From: Prorocentrum cordatum
Lineage: Eukaryota
Length of the DNA stretch: 64,000 bases
Assembly (NCBI GenBank): GCA_963575745.1
Contig: CAUYUJ010000226.1
Span: forward strand, 248,001 to 312,000
Direction of reading: 5' to 3'
Positions 44,641 through 59,173 of this stretch are shown one piece after another (position 1 is the stretch's first letter; every line of letters starts with the position of its first letter). Both the position numbers and the translations under genes were made by a program. Under the pieces are notes generated by a model. The model did not search any database, had not been told where the DNA came from, and worked only from the letters and a program-made list of their open reading frames with translations.

Positions 44641-47600
44641 GCGCCCTCGCCCTCGCCCGCTCTCTGCCGGCCCTCGCCGCGGACAGTTGCGCGCACCCTG
44701 GATGCGCCTCGCTCGGAGGTGCGCACTTTTTTTCGCGGCGAGGACCATCCTCGAGGGGCATCCCTCGACGTCGTGCGGGAAGAAAGTCAGCGCGCGGAGC
44801 CGAGAGCTGCACCGGGGAGGGAGGCCCGAGCGGTGGCGAGGGCACAGCCCCTCGCCCGCGCAGGCCTCGCCTCCGCACCCGCTCGCGGGGGGCCCGCAGG
44901 CCCTGCGGCGCCAACGCGGCCCTCACACGAGCGTGGCGCCATGGGGGAGCGCAGGCTCTCTCTCTCCCCCTCGGGGCCGGGGCTCCCAGGCCCTCTCGTG
45001 TTGCGTTGTCGCTGTGTTTGCCATTTCGCTATGCTGCTTCTCCAGCGAAGAGGAGATTGTGATACACTTGCCGCGCACGTGCACGCGCGATCCTTCTGAC
45101 GACAGCCAGCCACCGCTATTTTGCGCGTGCTCGCTATTTTCGTCTACTCCATCTCTGCTCGTTGCGCGTTCCCCGCTATTGCCGGCTTCGGGTGCGGAAG
45201 CTCCTTCGGTGCGTCTAGCCCCTGAGGGATGCGGCGGGGCCCGAGGACCGTCAAACAGCGACTCCTCCTCCTCCTCCTCCTCCCTCCTCCTCCTCCCTCC
45301 TCCTCCTCCTCCTCCTCCCTCCTCCTCCTCCTCCTCCTCCTCTCCTCCTCCTCCTCCTCCTCCTCCTCCTCCTCCTCCTCCTCCTCCTCCCTCCTCCTCC
45401 CCGCCGGGAATGGGTCGAGACACGTTGGGGTGCACGCCACGAGCAGCCACGACGCCGCGGGGCGTGGGCCTCGGAGAGTGCTCGGGTAGACGCGCGGAGG
45501 TCCGCGCCATGAAACGTCATGGCGTCGCGGGTCTGGGCTTCGGGAAGTTTTTCCGGGTGCTCTCGTCGGTTCCTCCTCCTCTTCCTCCTCCGCCTCCCTT
45601 CCCTTCCCTCCTCCTTCCTCCTCCTCCTCCTCCTCCTCCTCCTCCTCCTCCCTTTCCTCCTCCCTTTCCTCCTCCTCCTCTTCCTCCTCCTCCTCCTCCC
45701 TTTCCTCCTCCGCCTCCTCCGCCTCCTCCTCCTCCTCCTCCTCCTCCTCCTCCTCCTCCGCCTCCTCCGCCTCCTCCCGGTTCCTGGGCCGTTGTCCGTC
45801 CCACCGCGCGAGCGGTGCCTTCCCGCGGGCGCGCCTCGCCGACGGGGCGCCTCCGGAGCTGCCCGGCGGGCACCTCGCCCCGGAGGGCCGAGCTGCGGAG
45901 GCCCGAGCTTCTGCAGGGCCCGGGAGCCGGACCACGAAAAAGTGCCTTCGGGGCGGCTCAGGGGTGACTTAAAAATTGCAGAGTTTGCGTTCCAGGGCAT
46001 TTTCTTTTGCGGCGTTGGGCGCCCTGGCGCGGACGGCCAAACGACCCCTGCAGCGGGACGCCCTGCCCACACGGTCGGCGCCGCCAAAACTGCGCGCTCC
46101 ACCGCGCAAAGTACGCACCGAAAGGCCCGAGCTTCTCGGGGCCCAGGAGCCGGACCACGAGGGTCACTTGTCGCCGAGCCAGCGCCAATTGCTCGCAAAG
46201 TGCCTCTACTCGCTGTGGAGAGGAAGCGTGCTGCCAAGCAAGTTCCAGATGTCTAAACTAGGGTTCAACACATGTCCCAGATGTGTCAAACACATGCTTG
46301 ACACATGTTTAGCACATGTTTAAGACATCTTTAAGTCAATGATAGGGTTGTTAGAGTGTTCATTGTCGTGGCATCCACAAGCCTACTTGCAAAGTCCGAA
46401 CAGGCAGGGTCTTCCGCTATGCAATGTATCGTTCGTCGCCCGCGGCAAATCCAGGCTATTTGCGGGTAGATGACTTGCAAGTATTGGAACGCTTGTCCAA
46501 CTGTGGGAAGAGGGTGTCCAGCGGAAAGGGTGTGGTGCAATCGAGTTGGTGCAATAGATGTGTTGGGTGGCAATAGATTTGGGGTGTGCGATACATTCCA
46601 GTGCGCAAATGTATTGCTTGATTTTCGCGTGCACTGCATTAGCTCAACACATTGTAACACAATTCTCCGGCGCAGTACATTTGCAATACAATTGCCCCAA
46701 ATCTCTTGCACCACCTCCTCTCAGCTGGACCCCCTTTTGGGTCAACCAACTCAGGAGGGGATGCATATTGACGAAAAAACGCCATAAACATAGAAGTTTG
46801 GCGCTCCGCGCGGAGCTTTTGGATCAGCGCAACGCCCCCCTGGCGGCGCCGCACCTGGCGCGTTCCGCGCGCCAGGGCGGGGGGGGCCAGCGCAGATCCA
46901 AAAAATCCGCGCGGAGCGCCAACAGTTTTATGGCGTTTTTCCTTCTGCGAAGCCAGACCACGATGGTCACCCAGGGAGGGAAATGGCTCAGGAGGGGACG
47001 CATCGACAGCCGATCGCCCACTCATCGCCGAAAAGTCGAACGCCGCCCCAGTATGCTAATGCTATGTGTGCGTCGCCCCCCCCCCCCCCCAAAAGGCGAC
47101 GCACGCACATATTGTATGTTTGGGTCGGATGCACGATACGTAGTATTACAGCCTGTAGTATGTCCTGTTAGCCCACCCCGTTGCCCAGTAACGTGGGGTG
47201 TGGGGGGCTTCCTCTAGATTTAACCATATAAGGGTGTTGGTCTGATCCGGGGGGCGCCTTGATTTGAGCTGTCCTGGATGGCTCCTGTGGGGTCTGGGCA
47301 AAAGGCCGCCCCCCTTTTGCGGCTGGTCTGGGGGGGGGAGGTCCACAACTGGTCGTCTGAGAGGGCTGTGGCCCCCGCCCTATCATTTCAAGACTTGGAA
47401 TACCTTCGGGCCGAACGAAAGGGGGGGATAGGGAAGGGGGGGGGGGTACGAAATCTGTCCAGGGCCTACCCCCGACACCCGGCCAGGGCCTACCGCCGAT
47501 CTATCGCATACGTATCGCCGATTCCAGGCCGATGGCCTCCGGAAGGCCTAGCCCTGCTCTGGAGGCGCGGGAGCCCCTTCGCCTGGCGCTCGGGTGGCCC

Positions 47601-50600
47601 CCCGACGGCGTGGTGGCCACGCCGTGTGGTGAGTCGGTTTGGGGACCCGGCTTAGGTCGGGCCTGTCCCTCTACAGGGGGGATTTTCAAACATAGTGTTT
47701 TAACAGGAGGCTGGGGACGAGCAAATTTTGCAACGTTTGGAGGTATTTCTGAGTTTCTTGAGTGTTTCATCCCAAATCCCCCTGAAGGGGGACACGCCCG
47801 ACTCGGCTGAGATCTCTCGGGAGTCCGAGGTCGCCGCGCGGTGTTCCCCCCCCCCCCCCCTGGAGCCAGTCTCCCGGTGATTTTAGGGCCATGACTCGGG
47901 GAGCAGCTTGTTTTGAGGGCGAGCCTCTTTCCGAGGTTGCCTTCCCCCCGATGCACACGAGCGTCCGGCAGACGCGAAACACAGCAGGGTGCCATCCCCG
48001 AGCCGACCTCGATCAGCTCCTTCGGGCCGGCCGCGCGGGTAAAAAGCAGGAGACGAGGCCGGGAGGGGGCTGGGCGGGGGGAGCGCGAGACGGGGGAGGA
48101 GCGGGTGGGAGATGATGCGCACCCGCGCGTCCGCGAGACGGGGAGAGTCGCACCTCAGACACGGGATGCAGTGGGGCGCAACTTCCCCAGAGTTGCCCCT
48201 TGCATGCCTTCCCCTTCGGCCCATCCCTGGCCGCTGTCGCCGGCCGCGCCCCGCCCGCGAAGTGTCGGCGTGGCCTTCCCATGCCCTTGCATCCTCATCG
48301 CGCGTCCGTGCAACCTTGCATGCCTTCCCCTTCGGCCCATCGCTGGCCGCTTTCGCTGGCCGCGCCCCGCCTGCGAAGTGTCGACGTGGCCCTCCAAGAC
48401 CCGTGCGTCCTTATTAGATTCAAGCGAGAAAAAACACCACGACCCGATACTCGGCGTTTACTAAACGGCCCTTGGCGTTTACTAAACAGCCCTGCCCTGT
48501 TCGAGTCCTTCTTTGGGTGCGTTTACGAAACGGCTTCGCGTGTCGGGGTGATTTTTATGAGGGTGGATTTTCTGCTTTCGACGTGCGGGCTGACTGCACA
48601 GCCGAACTGGCTGATACCAGTGCCGAAGTCGGCTCGACACGAGCCTGCCGCGTCCATCCTAACGTCCTAACGGCACCCCCGAGGCGCCGGAGCCCCCTCG
48701 CCCAGAGTGGGCCCAGCGCCCGCAAATCAGCTGCGTCATGGGGGGGGGGGACACGACGTCGAACAGGTAGTTTCGTCGCTTCCGTCCAAATGGGGGCCCC
48801 GTTGGGGCCCCAACGGGGCCTCCACAGGGCCCCCCGGGGCGCGAGAGTGCACGCCTCTCCCCCCCCCCCCATGCCCAGACCCGGACGTCGTGAGTTTCCA
48901 TGGCGTGGACCCTTAGCGGTCTCGACTCAGGAGGGAAAAAAACACACAGACACAATTAATCCTCGATTCCCAGGAAAATATGGGAAAATATGGGAATTGG
49001 GGGGAAGACAAAAACCCAGAAAATATGGGAAAATATGGGGATAAATTTTATTTGTGTGCATTTATGTGTGTGTCCTAACTTCCCTTTATCGACCCCTGCC
49101 CCGGGACCGGTCTGGCATACCCGGGGGCCGCGGGCGTGGACGGCCCTGGGGCCGGCAGGAAGGGCCCCCATGCAGAGGCCGCACATATAGAAATCAGGAG
49201 GGAAAAAAACACACAGACACAATTAATCGGCGAACCCCAGCAGGGCCAATTTCGATTCCTCCGATTCGATTCGATTCGATTTCGATGATTTCCGATTCCG
49301 ATTCGATCCGATTTCGGATTCCGATTTTGGCTTAGATTTCCTAACGAAGGCCGACTAGGCTGCCGATTTCCGCCGATTCGACTTTTCCCGACTCGGCTGC
49401 CGATTTCCGCCGATCCGATTCATTTCGATCGCCGATCCGACTTGTCGATTCGATTCTGGGCTCTCCTGCCCCAGGAAAATATGGGAAAATATGGGAATTG
49501 GGGGGGAAGACAAAAGCCCAGAAAATGTGAGAGAATAGGGGGACTGTTTTTATCTGTGTGTGTTTATTTGTGTGTCCTAACTTCCCTTTAAGAAAGCCCC
49601 CCCGTCGTGATTTCTGTCATGGCCCGCGGGGGTTTGGTCTTATCGCCCCCCCCTTGCACAACCCACAGGCAGCCTCAAGTCGGGCATGTCCCTCCCAGAA
49701 TAGTGAAGAAAAAGGATGGTGGCGATTTTTCGTGCTCTTTTGCATGTGTTTTGATCATGTGTTAAAATCCGCCTTTAGGAGGCCATGCCCGACCTGAAGG
49801 CAGCCGCTCGCAAAAAGCACCCTGCTTGCCAAGAAACACTGCTTGCCTCCAGGGTGCCCTGGGTTTCCTGGGTTTCGATGGTCTTGCTGTGGAGAGCGTG
49901 ACGTCCCCGTACACCAGAAATCGATGGACGTCCTAGGGTCTCAGGCCTGGGTTTCTTGTGGAAGGCTTCTTGTGGACTGGCCTCCACCGTGTCTCGAGTT
50001 CATGCTTGCAGCAGCTTTGGACTGTAGGGGCACGGGCTGCAGTAAGGACCGCTTCAGGCTCAGGAGGGGCTCGGGCTCTCGGGCCGTGCCTTCGATCCGT
50101 CTCTCGTGGTCGAGCCCCTGCCGTGTCGCCCCCTCCCGCTGCACAACCCCGGGGGTGAGAGTGTGCGGGGGTGAAGGAACCCCCCGCGGGGGTGAGAGAG
50201 GACGCCTTTGTTTCACCCCGCGCTCTGGACCTCTTGCTGCCCCTGCTCGCGCGCTGCACGGCCACGCGCGTGGGGCACCGCAGCCCTTTTGGCCCAGAAG
50301 AGGACCTGGAGTCCGACACGCGTCGACAGCTGAGATCGCAGGCCCAGAGGTTGACACCAACACCAAGATCGGCGGTGTGCCTCCACCGAGGGATGAAGAT
50401 CCCAATCTCGGCGATGGTGGTAATATTCGGGCTTCCAAGGTGACCGAAATATTACCACCAACACCGAAATCCAGGATCATCTTCCCCCTGTGGAGGCAAC
50501 CCCCTGTTTTGGTGTTGGTGCCCATTTCCAGGCCTCCAATAAGAGTGGTTGAGATCGGTAACACACCGCGTGGCCGCCGCTCGCCGCCCCGGCGCCCCCT

Positions 50601-51869
50601 CCCGCGCGCGCGCCGCGGGCGCGCCGCGAGGCCCCCCGGCGGCGCGCGCGGCCGGCGGCGGGCCGCCGCCGCGGCCGACGCCGCGGGGCCCGCTCCGGAG
50701 ATGGGCTGCTGCACGGCGGCGGCGGGCCCGCGCGGCGCGGTGCGGCCCGCCGAGGACGCGCCCGACGACGGCGGCGAGGGCGGCGCCGACGGCGAGGACG
50801 ACGAGGAAGAGGAGGGAGAGGAGGAGGACGCGGACAGCGGCAGCGACGAGGAGGGCGACGGCTGCGAGGATGCCGACGACGACGAAGACGACGAGAAGGA
50901 GGAGGACGACGACGCCGACGGCGACGGCGTCAACGAGGACGACGAAGACGAAAACGAGGACGAGGACGACGACGACGACGACGACGACGACGTCGACGAC
51001 GACGACGAGGATGACGACGCCGCAAGACAATTCTGCATAATCGTAAGAAAAACCGACAAAGACCCTGGACTCCATCTTTTTGCAACCTCTCTCGAGCAGG
51101 ATCGACCCGTGAGGGTCTTGGGGCCCGCATCGAGGAAACGTACGACTCGAGTGCGCCGTAATTCGGGTTTGCCGTGGCTTTTTGAAGAGCGCGTCCTGGA
51201 TTTTGACGGTCCAATTTTCGTGGGATGTCTGCGGGGGGAAGCTTGCGGGAGCTTTCAGATTGGGTCTCGTCATTTTTCATGATGGCCCCGTCAGGCCAAC
51301 CCGAGTCCACCGAACCCGAGTCTTTTATGTCTTCCCGGCCGAACCAAGGCAAGATCTCCAGTTTCGAAGAAATCGCGACGCAAGGGGTCCTGGAGATTCC
51401 AGATTTCCCTCAGTGCGCTGCGGGGCGCCTCCGGGGCGGCCGCGGCCCCCGAAGCAGCCTCGAGATCTGCCGGCTCCTACCAGCCTGGAACATCACCCTC
51501 ATCCCAGGATGGGGATAGGCTCGAAGGACAAGGACAAGCTCGAGGCACCCGCCCCACAGCCAAGACGCTGGAAGAAGGAGAAGCTTGGGCTCAGAAGGGT
51601 GATTGTTCCTCTGGCCCTCTTCGTGCACACGTGCGCTTTCGGTTCCAAGGAGGGGCCTCGTTCCGTATTCTGAGTTCCTTTTTGCAGCAGTTTGATTGTA
51701 GGATACGGGTTGACATAAAGACCGCTTTAGGCTCAGGAGTGATGGGCCGATTTCCCACCACCACTACCATAGGTAGGAGAGGGAGGAGGAGGATGAGGAG
51801 GAGGAAGAGGAAGAGGACGAGGAGGAGGAGGACCTCCCATCCGTTCCTTTGTTTTTTTGTCGTGGAACC

Positions 51870-51887
51870 TGTGTTTGTGTGTGTTTG

Positions 51888-51932
<45 letters not shown>

Positions 51933-52017
51933 GCGCGCGTGTGTGTGTGTGTGTGCGCGTGTGTGTGTGTGTGTGCGCGTGTGTGTGTGTGCGTGTGCGT
52001 GCGTGCGTGCATGTGCG

Positions 52018-52082
<65 letters not shown>

Positions 52083-52083
52083 G
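51870..52083. repeat. (GT)n/(GCGT)n microsatellite
   Basis: Direct inspection. Confidence 0.95.
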
Positions 52084-52236
52084 GCCTGGGCCCGCCGCGG
52101 CCAGAAAAGCCCCTTCGCTCCGGCGTTGCGCGTCCCTGGGATGGTAGCGCGGTGGCTGCAGGTTCGAGACGGGTTGCGGCTCCAGGGGATGCGGTAGCAA
52201 ATCATGGGAGCCTGGCACATCATCTTAATTCCGCAC

Positions 52237-52370
52237 TTAGCGTCGAGTAGCGTCGATTAGCGCTTGGGAGTCGATGCGATGAGAGAGCGCCGACTTAGCG
52301 TCGGTTAGCGTTGCTTAGCGTCGATATAGCGTCGAGTAGCTTCGACTTAGCGTCGACTAGCGTCGATTCG
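52237..52370. repeat. Short tandem tagcgtcga repeats
   Basis: About 9 degenerate 10-11 bp units. Confidence 0.7.
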
Positions 52371-54298
52371 TAAGAGCCGACAAGATGGTACGTGAGGCTC
52401 CCAAGAGTTGCCACCGAACGGGAGGTCCCGCTGCACCCCGTGCGACCCGTACTTTCCAGAATGCTACAACATAGCCCTCCAGGCTTATACTATACACCTG
52501 TCTGGATTGCCTAAAGTCAAGAGGGGAAAAACACACAGGCACAATTAATCGGCGATTCCCAGAAAATATGGGAAAATATGGGAAGTGGGGGGGAAGACAA
52601 AAACCCAGAAAATATGGGAAAATATGGGGGATCATTTTATTTGTGTGTATTTATGTGTGTGTCCCAGTTCCCCTTCATAAAGCCTCAACTTAATTTCGGA
52701 TGTCGAGGTCCTGGAGCTATGGGAGAGGCCTTACGGCCGTTGCCACCAACCCTGAACGACGACGACGACGAAGACGGCGGCGGCGGTGGCGGCGGTGGCG
52801 GCGGCGACGACGACGACGAGGACGTCCAGCGCTCTCAGGGGCCTCTTGGGGGTAGTTTGGGGGCTTTTTTGGAAGGCTCTTGGGGGGCATCTTGGGAGCC
52901 TCGTGCAGGGCTCGTGGGGCTTCTGGGGTTCTCTTGGGGAGCCCTTGGGAGCCTCCCAGGCCGAGGGCTGGAAATGTCTGGTCGGGTCCCCCGTCTGGGC
53001 TCCCTCTTGGAGCCGTCTTGGGGGCCTCTTGGGCTGTCTTGGAGGCCTCTGAGGCGGTCTTGGAGCTCTCTTGGTTCCTTTTGGGGCCTTCTCGGTGGCC
53101 TCTTGGGCGATCTTGAGGGCCTGTTGGGCTGTCTTGGAGCGTCGGGAAGCCGACCAGGCGAGATCGCCAAAATCTTTCAGAAACTAAACGAAAATCTATG
53201 ATGTTTGCCCCTGGGGGCCCTTTTGGATGCTTCTTGGAGGCTTCTTGGGGCGTTTTGGGAACCTCTTGAGCTGTCTGGAGGCCACAGTGGCGTCTTGGAC
53301 CGATAATTCAGCGATTCGCGGCCCTCGCGGACCGACTTAGTGAGCTTCTTGGAGCACTCTTGCCGCGCCTTGAGGCTTTTCTGAGCCCCAGAACCGAAAG
53401 TGGGGGATGCATGTTTGGGGGGCGACCCCTCCCCGGGACCCCCCGCCCCCGGGATCCCCCCCCGGCGGGAGGGGATCAAAGGGAAGGGGCTTCCCTTCGA
53501 CTCAGCTACAACGCTGCTCAATGTCGGTTTCGCTGGCGCGCTTAAGGAGGAGGGCCCAAGGAAAGGCGACGGGGGGCGACTGAGACGACGATTGACAGAG
53601 ACGACGAGGAGACGATGGAGACGCAGACGACGACGGAGACGACAAGGAGACGACGGAGACGACACGACGACGAGGGCCCAGGGAAAGGTGACGGGGGAAG
53701 ACGGAGACGACGATTGACGGAGACGACGAGGAGACGATGGAGACGCAGACGACGACGGAGACGACGAGGAGACGACGGAGACGACACGATGTCGACGACG
53801 TCGTCGACGACGACGAATACGACGACGACCAACGGAAGCCGACAGGGCCCGCGGATTGTCCGGCCCTCGAGGAAGGTCTGGGCAGCCTGCCCCCCCCCTG
53901 CGCCAGCCTCCAGGCCGGGCACAGGCCGAGAGGTCCAGCAGTGGCGAGGCGTCTGGGCGTGCTATATATGCCTACCAAGCAATGTTCTCAGAGGCTTTTG
54001 CGGTTTCCACGCCATGATCTTTGAACTTTTCTGGCTGGGACTGTCTTGTTTTAGCACATCGGCTTCACGTCCTAAGAACATTGTGCTTGTTCTTAGAACA
54101 CTTGTGGGTTCTAAGAACATGTCGTGGTATACGCCTATCGGATTGCCTAGACGGTCGGTCCCTGCTCAAAGAGGGGGGCCGGCCGTGCGGGCCGGCCCGC
54201 GGCCCCGGGCCCCGTCGTGCTCTCCGGGCCGCGGCGCCGCACGCGCTCTGTCGCCTGCGTGCCTTCGACGGGGCTCGGTGATGAAACAGTGGAGATCA

Positions 54299-54524
54299 GA
54301 GCCCCGAATTATCAGGGGTAACTCGGGTCAGGGCTAACTCGGGTTCGTTTTTCGGGATTCCGAACCCGACTTATCCCGGACCCGAGTTACCCCGGATATT
54401 TCGGGCGTCCAGAGCCCTGAATCATCAGGGGTAGCTCGGGTCAGGGCTAACTCGGGTTCGTTTTTCGGGGACCCAAACCCGAGTTACCCCGGACCCGAGT
54501 TACCCCGGATAACTCGGGCGTCCA
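54299..54524 (+). repeat. Tandem dimer of 113-bp hairpin-rich unit, copy 2
   Basis: Units start at 54299 and 54412. Confidence 0.85.
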
Positions 54525-54885
54525 AGGAGAGGTAGCCTCACTGAGGTCCCCGTCTCCTGGCATGAGGGTTCAGGCGGGCGTGTCCCTCTACGGGGGGAAT
54601 GCTCAAAACGCAGAGTGATAATCATAGTCTGGGGACGATTTGTATTCCAGTTTTCGCGGATATGTTGAAATAAGTGTTGACGAACTTTTTTTCAGATTTG
54701 TTGTTGAAAATCCGCCTGTAGGGGGACATGCCCGACCTAGCACCAGGGAGAAAGAATCCGGGCGGTTTGGTTCGACGCATGTGCAGCTTAGACCCGCTGT
54801 CCCTGCTGCTCTGGCCCCTCCGAACTTGGGTCCCCTCCCAAAGGGTTAGGGATATTGCTCATGCTTATCATCGGTGTTGCACGTA

Positions 54886-55050
54886 CACCTTACGCGATGC
54901 TTAAGAAAACTTAAATTTTCGGCCAGAGTCTCGATTATTCTTAATGTTTCAATGTGAATCCTAAGATTTCAATCGAAATGGTGGGTTTTTATTCAAGTTC
55001 TGAGACTATGAATTTCTTAACCCATGATTTCTTAAGCATTTCGCAGGGTG
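54886..55050. mobile_element. TA-duplicating MITE family A copy 3
   Basis: Same TIRs and internal sequence; TA on both flanks. Confidence 0.85.
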
Positions 55051-56107
55051 TACACACAACCCAGACATGGTTGCGCGGGCGGGAAGTCGTTTCCCTTGTC
55101 GGCCTCCAGGGGCCTTCGCCGGGCCCTGGGGCCGTGAAAGAACGACTCTCAGGAGGGGAAAAAACACACAGACACAATTATTCGTCGACTCCCCAGAAAA
55201 TATGCGAAAATATGGGAACTGGGCGGGAAGACAGAAACCCAGAAAATATGGGAATCTATGGGGAATATTTTTATTTGTGTGTATTTATTTGTGTGTCCTG
55301 GGGCCCCTTCAGACTCGGGATGAAGAACCGGTTCTGGGAAGCGGGTCGGGGCTTCAGGGGCTCGTGTATTGAACAAACCAGGACGTCGCATGTGTAGGCA
55401 CGTCGTTGGGTCGGCCACGGAGCGAAGCAATTCGGCGGATGGGTTCGCATACCAGCGGCAAGCTTACCTGCGCAGTTCATCCAGGGAAGTTTATACCTGG
55501 GAAAGGTTATGCCCGGGGAAAGTTCCACCCGCGGGCAATATTACCTGCAGTAGTTTACCTAGACCCGGAAAAGCTCAACTGCGGGGTAGCCGACCTGGAG
55601 GAAGCTCGCCCGCAGGTGAACCTCCACCCACAGGTGAAAGGGACGCCCGAGCCAGTGTCCCACAGGTTGGGCAGCTGGGGCGTCTGTACACCGAGCCAAG
55701 CGACGTGGTGTGTACATCGCGCTCCCAGCGATCTTCCGAGCCCATCTGCTCGGACCCCACTTTGGAGGCCTCCCTCCGCGGCCGCAACCTCTGAGGTCCG
55801 ACGCCACGAAACCGAAGTGCAGCATCGTAAGAGCCTCGACCAGAGCCCTCTGTGGACGACGAGGACGACGACGAGGAGGACGAGGACGACGAGGACGACG
55901 ACGACGACGGCGACGACGTCGCCGACGACGACGCCGACGACGCCGACGACGACGCCGACGACGACGACGAGGACGAAACCAAAGTGCAGCATTGTAAGAG
56001 CCTCCGGAGACGGTTTTTCCCCAAACAGCTTGCTGAACGGGGTGCTGTTGCGACAGAAGCTAACTCTGGCCGAGGGAATTCAAAGTAGAGATGTCCTCAA
56101 AAAATTT

Positions 56108-56741
56108 GTGGTCTGGGCCGTTTCGCCTGAGACATCCTCGCAACTCTCGTTTCTGAGTTGTCCATGGGCGTTTCGCGTGAGACATCCTCCAAACTCTGAG
56201 TTCCCAGATGCCGCGCAAGAGGTGGTCCAGCCCGTTTCGCCTGAGACATCCTCAAAACTCTGGGCTCCGAGATGCCGCGCAAGAGGTGGTCTGGCCCGTT
56301 TCGCCTGAGACATCCTCCAAACTCTGAGCCTTGGTATGCCGTGCGCGAGGTGGTCCGGCCCGTTTTGCTTGAGACATCCTCGCAATTCTGCGTTCTCTGA
56401 TGCCGCGCGACAGGTGGTCCGTCCGGTTTCGCTTGAGACATCCTCCAAACTCTGAGCCCCGAGATGCAGTCCAAGAGATGGTCCGGCCCGTTTCACTCGA
56501 GACATCTTCCACTTTTGCATTCCGAGATGCCGCGCGAGAGGTGGTCCGGCCTGTTTCGTCTGAGACGTACTCGAAACGCTGAGTTCTGAGATGCCGCGCG
56601 CGAGGTGGTTTGGCCCGTTTCGCCTGAGACATCCTCGAAACTCTGAGCTCTGAGCTGCCGCGCAAGAGGTGGTCCGGCCCGTTTCGCACAAGACATTCTC
56701 GCAAATCTGAGCTCCCAGATGCCGCGCAAGAGGTGGTCCAG
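56108..56741 (+). repeat. Degenerate ~63-bp minisatellite, about 10 units (further units at about 57150-57290)
   Basis: gatgccgcgcaagaggtggtccggcccgtttcgcctgagacatcctc.aaactctgag recurring. Confidence 0.85.
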
Positions 56742-57701
56742 CCTGGGGGCCCAGAAAACCACATGTTACATATCCCCCTTGGGACCCTGGGAGTCCCAGG
56801 AGGCCCTAGAGAGCTTCAGGAGGCCGCAGGACGCCCAGGATAGGCCCCAGGGGTCCCCAGGAGATTCCCAGGAGGCTCCCAGGAGGCCCCAGGAGGCCCC
56901 CTATCAGAACGTGTCAAGTTAATCCACATCCGGTGTCGATTCCTTGATTTTTCCTGCTCTTGTGGCCCCCCCCCCATTTGGGGGGGCCCAGACGGCCACA
57001 TGTTAGATATCCCCCCTGGGAGCCCCAAGAGGCTTCAGGAAGCCCCAGGTGGGGTCCAGGAGGCCACAGGAGGCCCAGGAGGAAGCCCCAGGAGGTCCCC
57101 AGGAGGCCCCAGGAGGCCCCAGGAGGCCCCCGCAACTCGCAGCTTTGAGACGACGCGCTCAAGGTGGTCTGGCCCGTTTCGCCTGAGACTTCCTCGCAGC
57201 ACGTTTCGCCCGAGACATCGTCGCAACTTTCGGGTCCGAGATGCCGCGCGCGAGGTGGTCCAGCCCGTTACGCTGGAGACATCCTCGACCAGGTGCGAGA
57301 GAGTACGACACCCTCTAGCGTTAGCTTCCTGATAGGCAAGCGTCACACAAGTTTTCGTGAAACATCTCATGTGCAAACATCACGTTATCATGTTCTAACA
57401 TGCCATGCCAGCCCGCACTGGACGGGCACGCAATCGACCTTGGGAACCGCAGTGGGTTTAGAAATCCTGTTTGGGGATACTGCATTCCGGCCATATTTGT
57501 TCTAGCATTCTATGGCATTTTTTAAAAATATGTTTGACTATTTGTTTTTTGTTCGTCGGGAATCGACCTGCAGGGGAACGTGCCCGACCTAAACTTACTA
57601 GTAGTCCGACCTCAGTTTGGGAGGCCTCCCTCTCCCCCCCCGCCCCCCTGCGCCCCTCTTCCCCCTGCTCCAGGCGCCCCCCCCAAGGCGGCGGTGTGGT
57701 G

Positions 57702-57862
57702 CACACACACACATTCACACACACACACACATTCACACACATTCACACACACACACACACGCACACGCACACGCACACGCACACGCACACGCACACGCAC
57801 ACGCACACGCACACGCACACGCACACGCACACGCACACGCACACACACACACACACACACAC
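57702..57862. repeat. (CA)n/(CACACG)n microsatellite
   Basis: Direct inspection. Confidence 0.95.
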
Positions 57863-58497
57863 CGCGGTGAGCCTCCGCGGGGCCTCGGGGGGCACCGTAC
57901 AGTTTGGGGGTGCCTCGGGCGACCGGGGCCCAGAGTCAGGGGAGGGAGAACCACCCCGACCCCGACAATCGGCGCGTACTAAACGGCCCTGGGCGTGTAC
58001 TAAACGGCCCGGCCCAGTTCGGTTCCTTCCTTGGATGCGTTTCCTGAACGGCTCCGCTTGCCGGGGTGTGTCTTGTCGGGGTGGATCTTCTGAGGAGGAG
58101 GACTCGGGCGACCAGGGCCTCCGAGGGCGTCTCGGGCCGTTCTCCGAGGACGTCGCGGGCGACGGGGGCCTCCGAGGCCCCGAGGCCGCGTGGCGGCGGA
58201 GCGTGCGGTGAGGCTGCCGGGGGGTTCTGAGGGCAGCCGTCGCCGCACGGCCTCGGGAGGCCGCGCCGGCGTCGCTCAGGGGGGGGGAGAGGCACAAGCA
58301 CACACACACACACACGCACACACACAGACACGGGAAACCGCCGACGTCCAGGAGGGCTTGGGAAAGTAATTATGGGGCGTGGGGGGGAGACGACGACCCA
58401 GAGCACGCGGGGAAGCATGCGGGGAGGCCTGGGAGTCGTGCCTGTTCGTCTGTGCGTCCCTGGGCTCCCTCTGGCTGCCGCCGCCGCCTCCGCGCAG

Positions 58498-58557
58498 GAG
58501 GGCGCGTCGGGGGAGGACTGGGTGCAGCGGCTCCTCGGCCTGGCCCTGCCGGACGAG
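58498..58557 (+). CDS. Candidate micro-exon (EGASGEDWVQRLLGLALPDE)
   Basis: cgcag|G acceptor, AG|GC donor, 60 nt, GC3-rich codons. Confidence 0.4.
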
Positions 58558-59007
58558 GCGCGCCTGGTGGACCCGCGGTGCCTCCGCGGGCCGGGCGAGG
58601 GGGGGATAGGGCAGGCAGGCCCAGGAGCTGGGGCCTCCAACGCGCCGAAGCACTCGGTGCGTTGGGGTCTTCGTCGATGTTGTTTTGTTTCTGTGTATTG
58701 CTATTTTTTTTGTCGAGGGCGCACGCCTCCCGCGCGGGCGACGTCTCCGCCCACGGCAGGCGCTGCTCCTCGGGAGGGAGCGCCGGCAGGCAGGCGTGCA
58801 CCACTGGGCCTCCAGCAGAGGGTCCTGCGTGCAGCAGGCATAGCCCGGGTCGAGGCGTGGAGGTCTGCGTCCGGCAGACGGGCCCAGGAGCCCCGGCCTC
58901 CAACGATCTGCACGCACGAAATTCGGGGGCGGAAAAGAGGGGGGTGATGACTAGGGGGGGGTGGATATCATGGCGTGGGCACGAAATGGGTACTGAAAGA
59001 GTGGGTA

Positions 59008-59173
59008 CACCCTGCGAAATGCTTAAGAAATCATGGGTTCAGAAATTCATAGTCTCAGGAATTCATAGTCTCAGAAATTCATAGTCTCAAAATCTTGGGA
59101 TTTACATTGAAAAGTTAAGAATAATCGAGCCTCTGGACGAAAACTTAGGTTTTCTTAAGCATCGCCGAGGGTG
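59008..59173. mobile_element. TA-duplicating MITE family A copy 4 (opposite orientation, internal aattcatagtctca triplication)
   Basis: Reverse complement of the family with TA flanks, nested in another inverted-repeat element. Confidence 0.85.

Noticed and set aside
56108..56741. CRISPR-like repeat/spacer pattern
   Set aside because: The variable parts are homologous between units, so this is a degenerate minisatellite.
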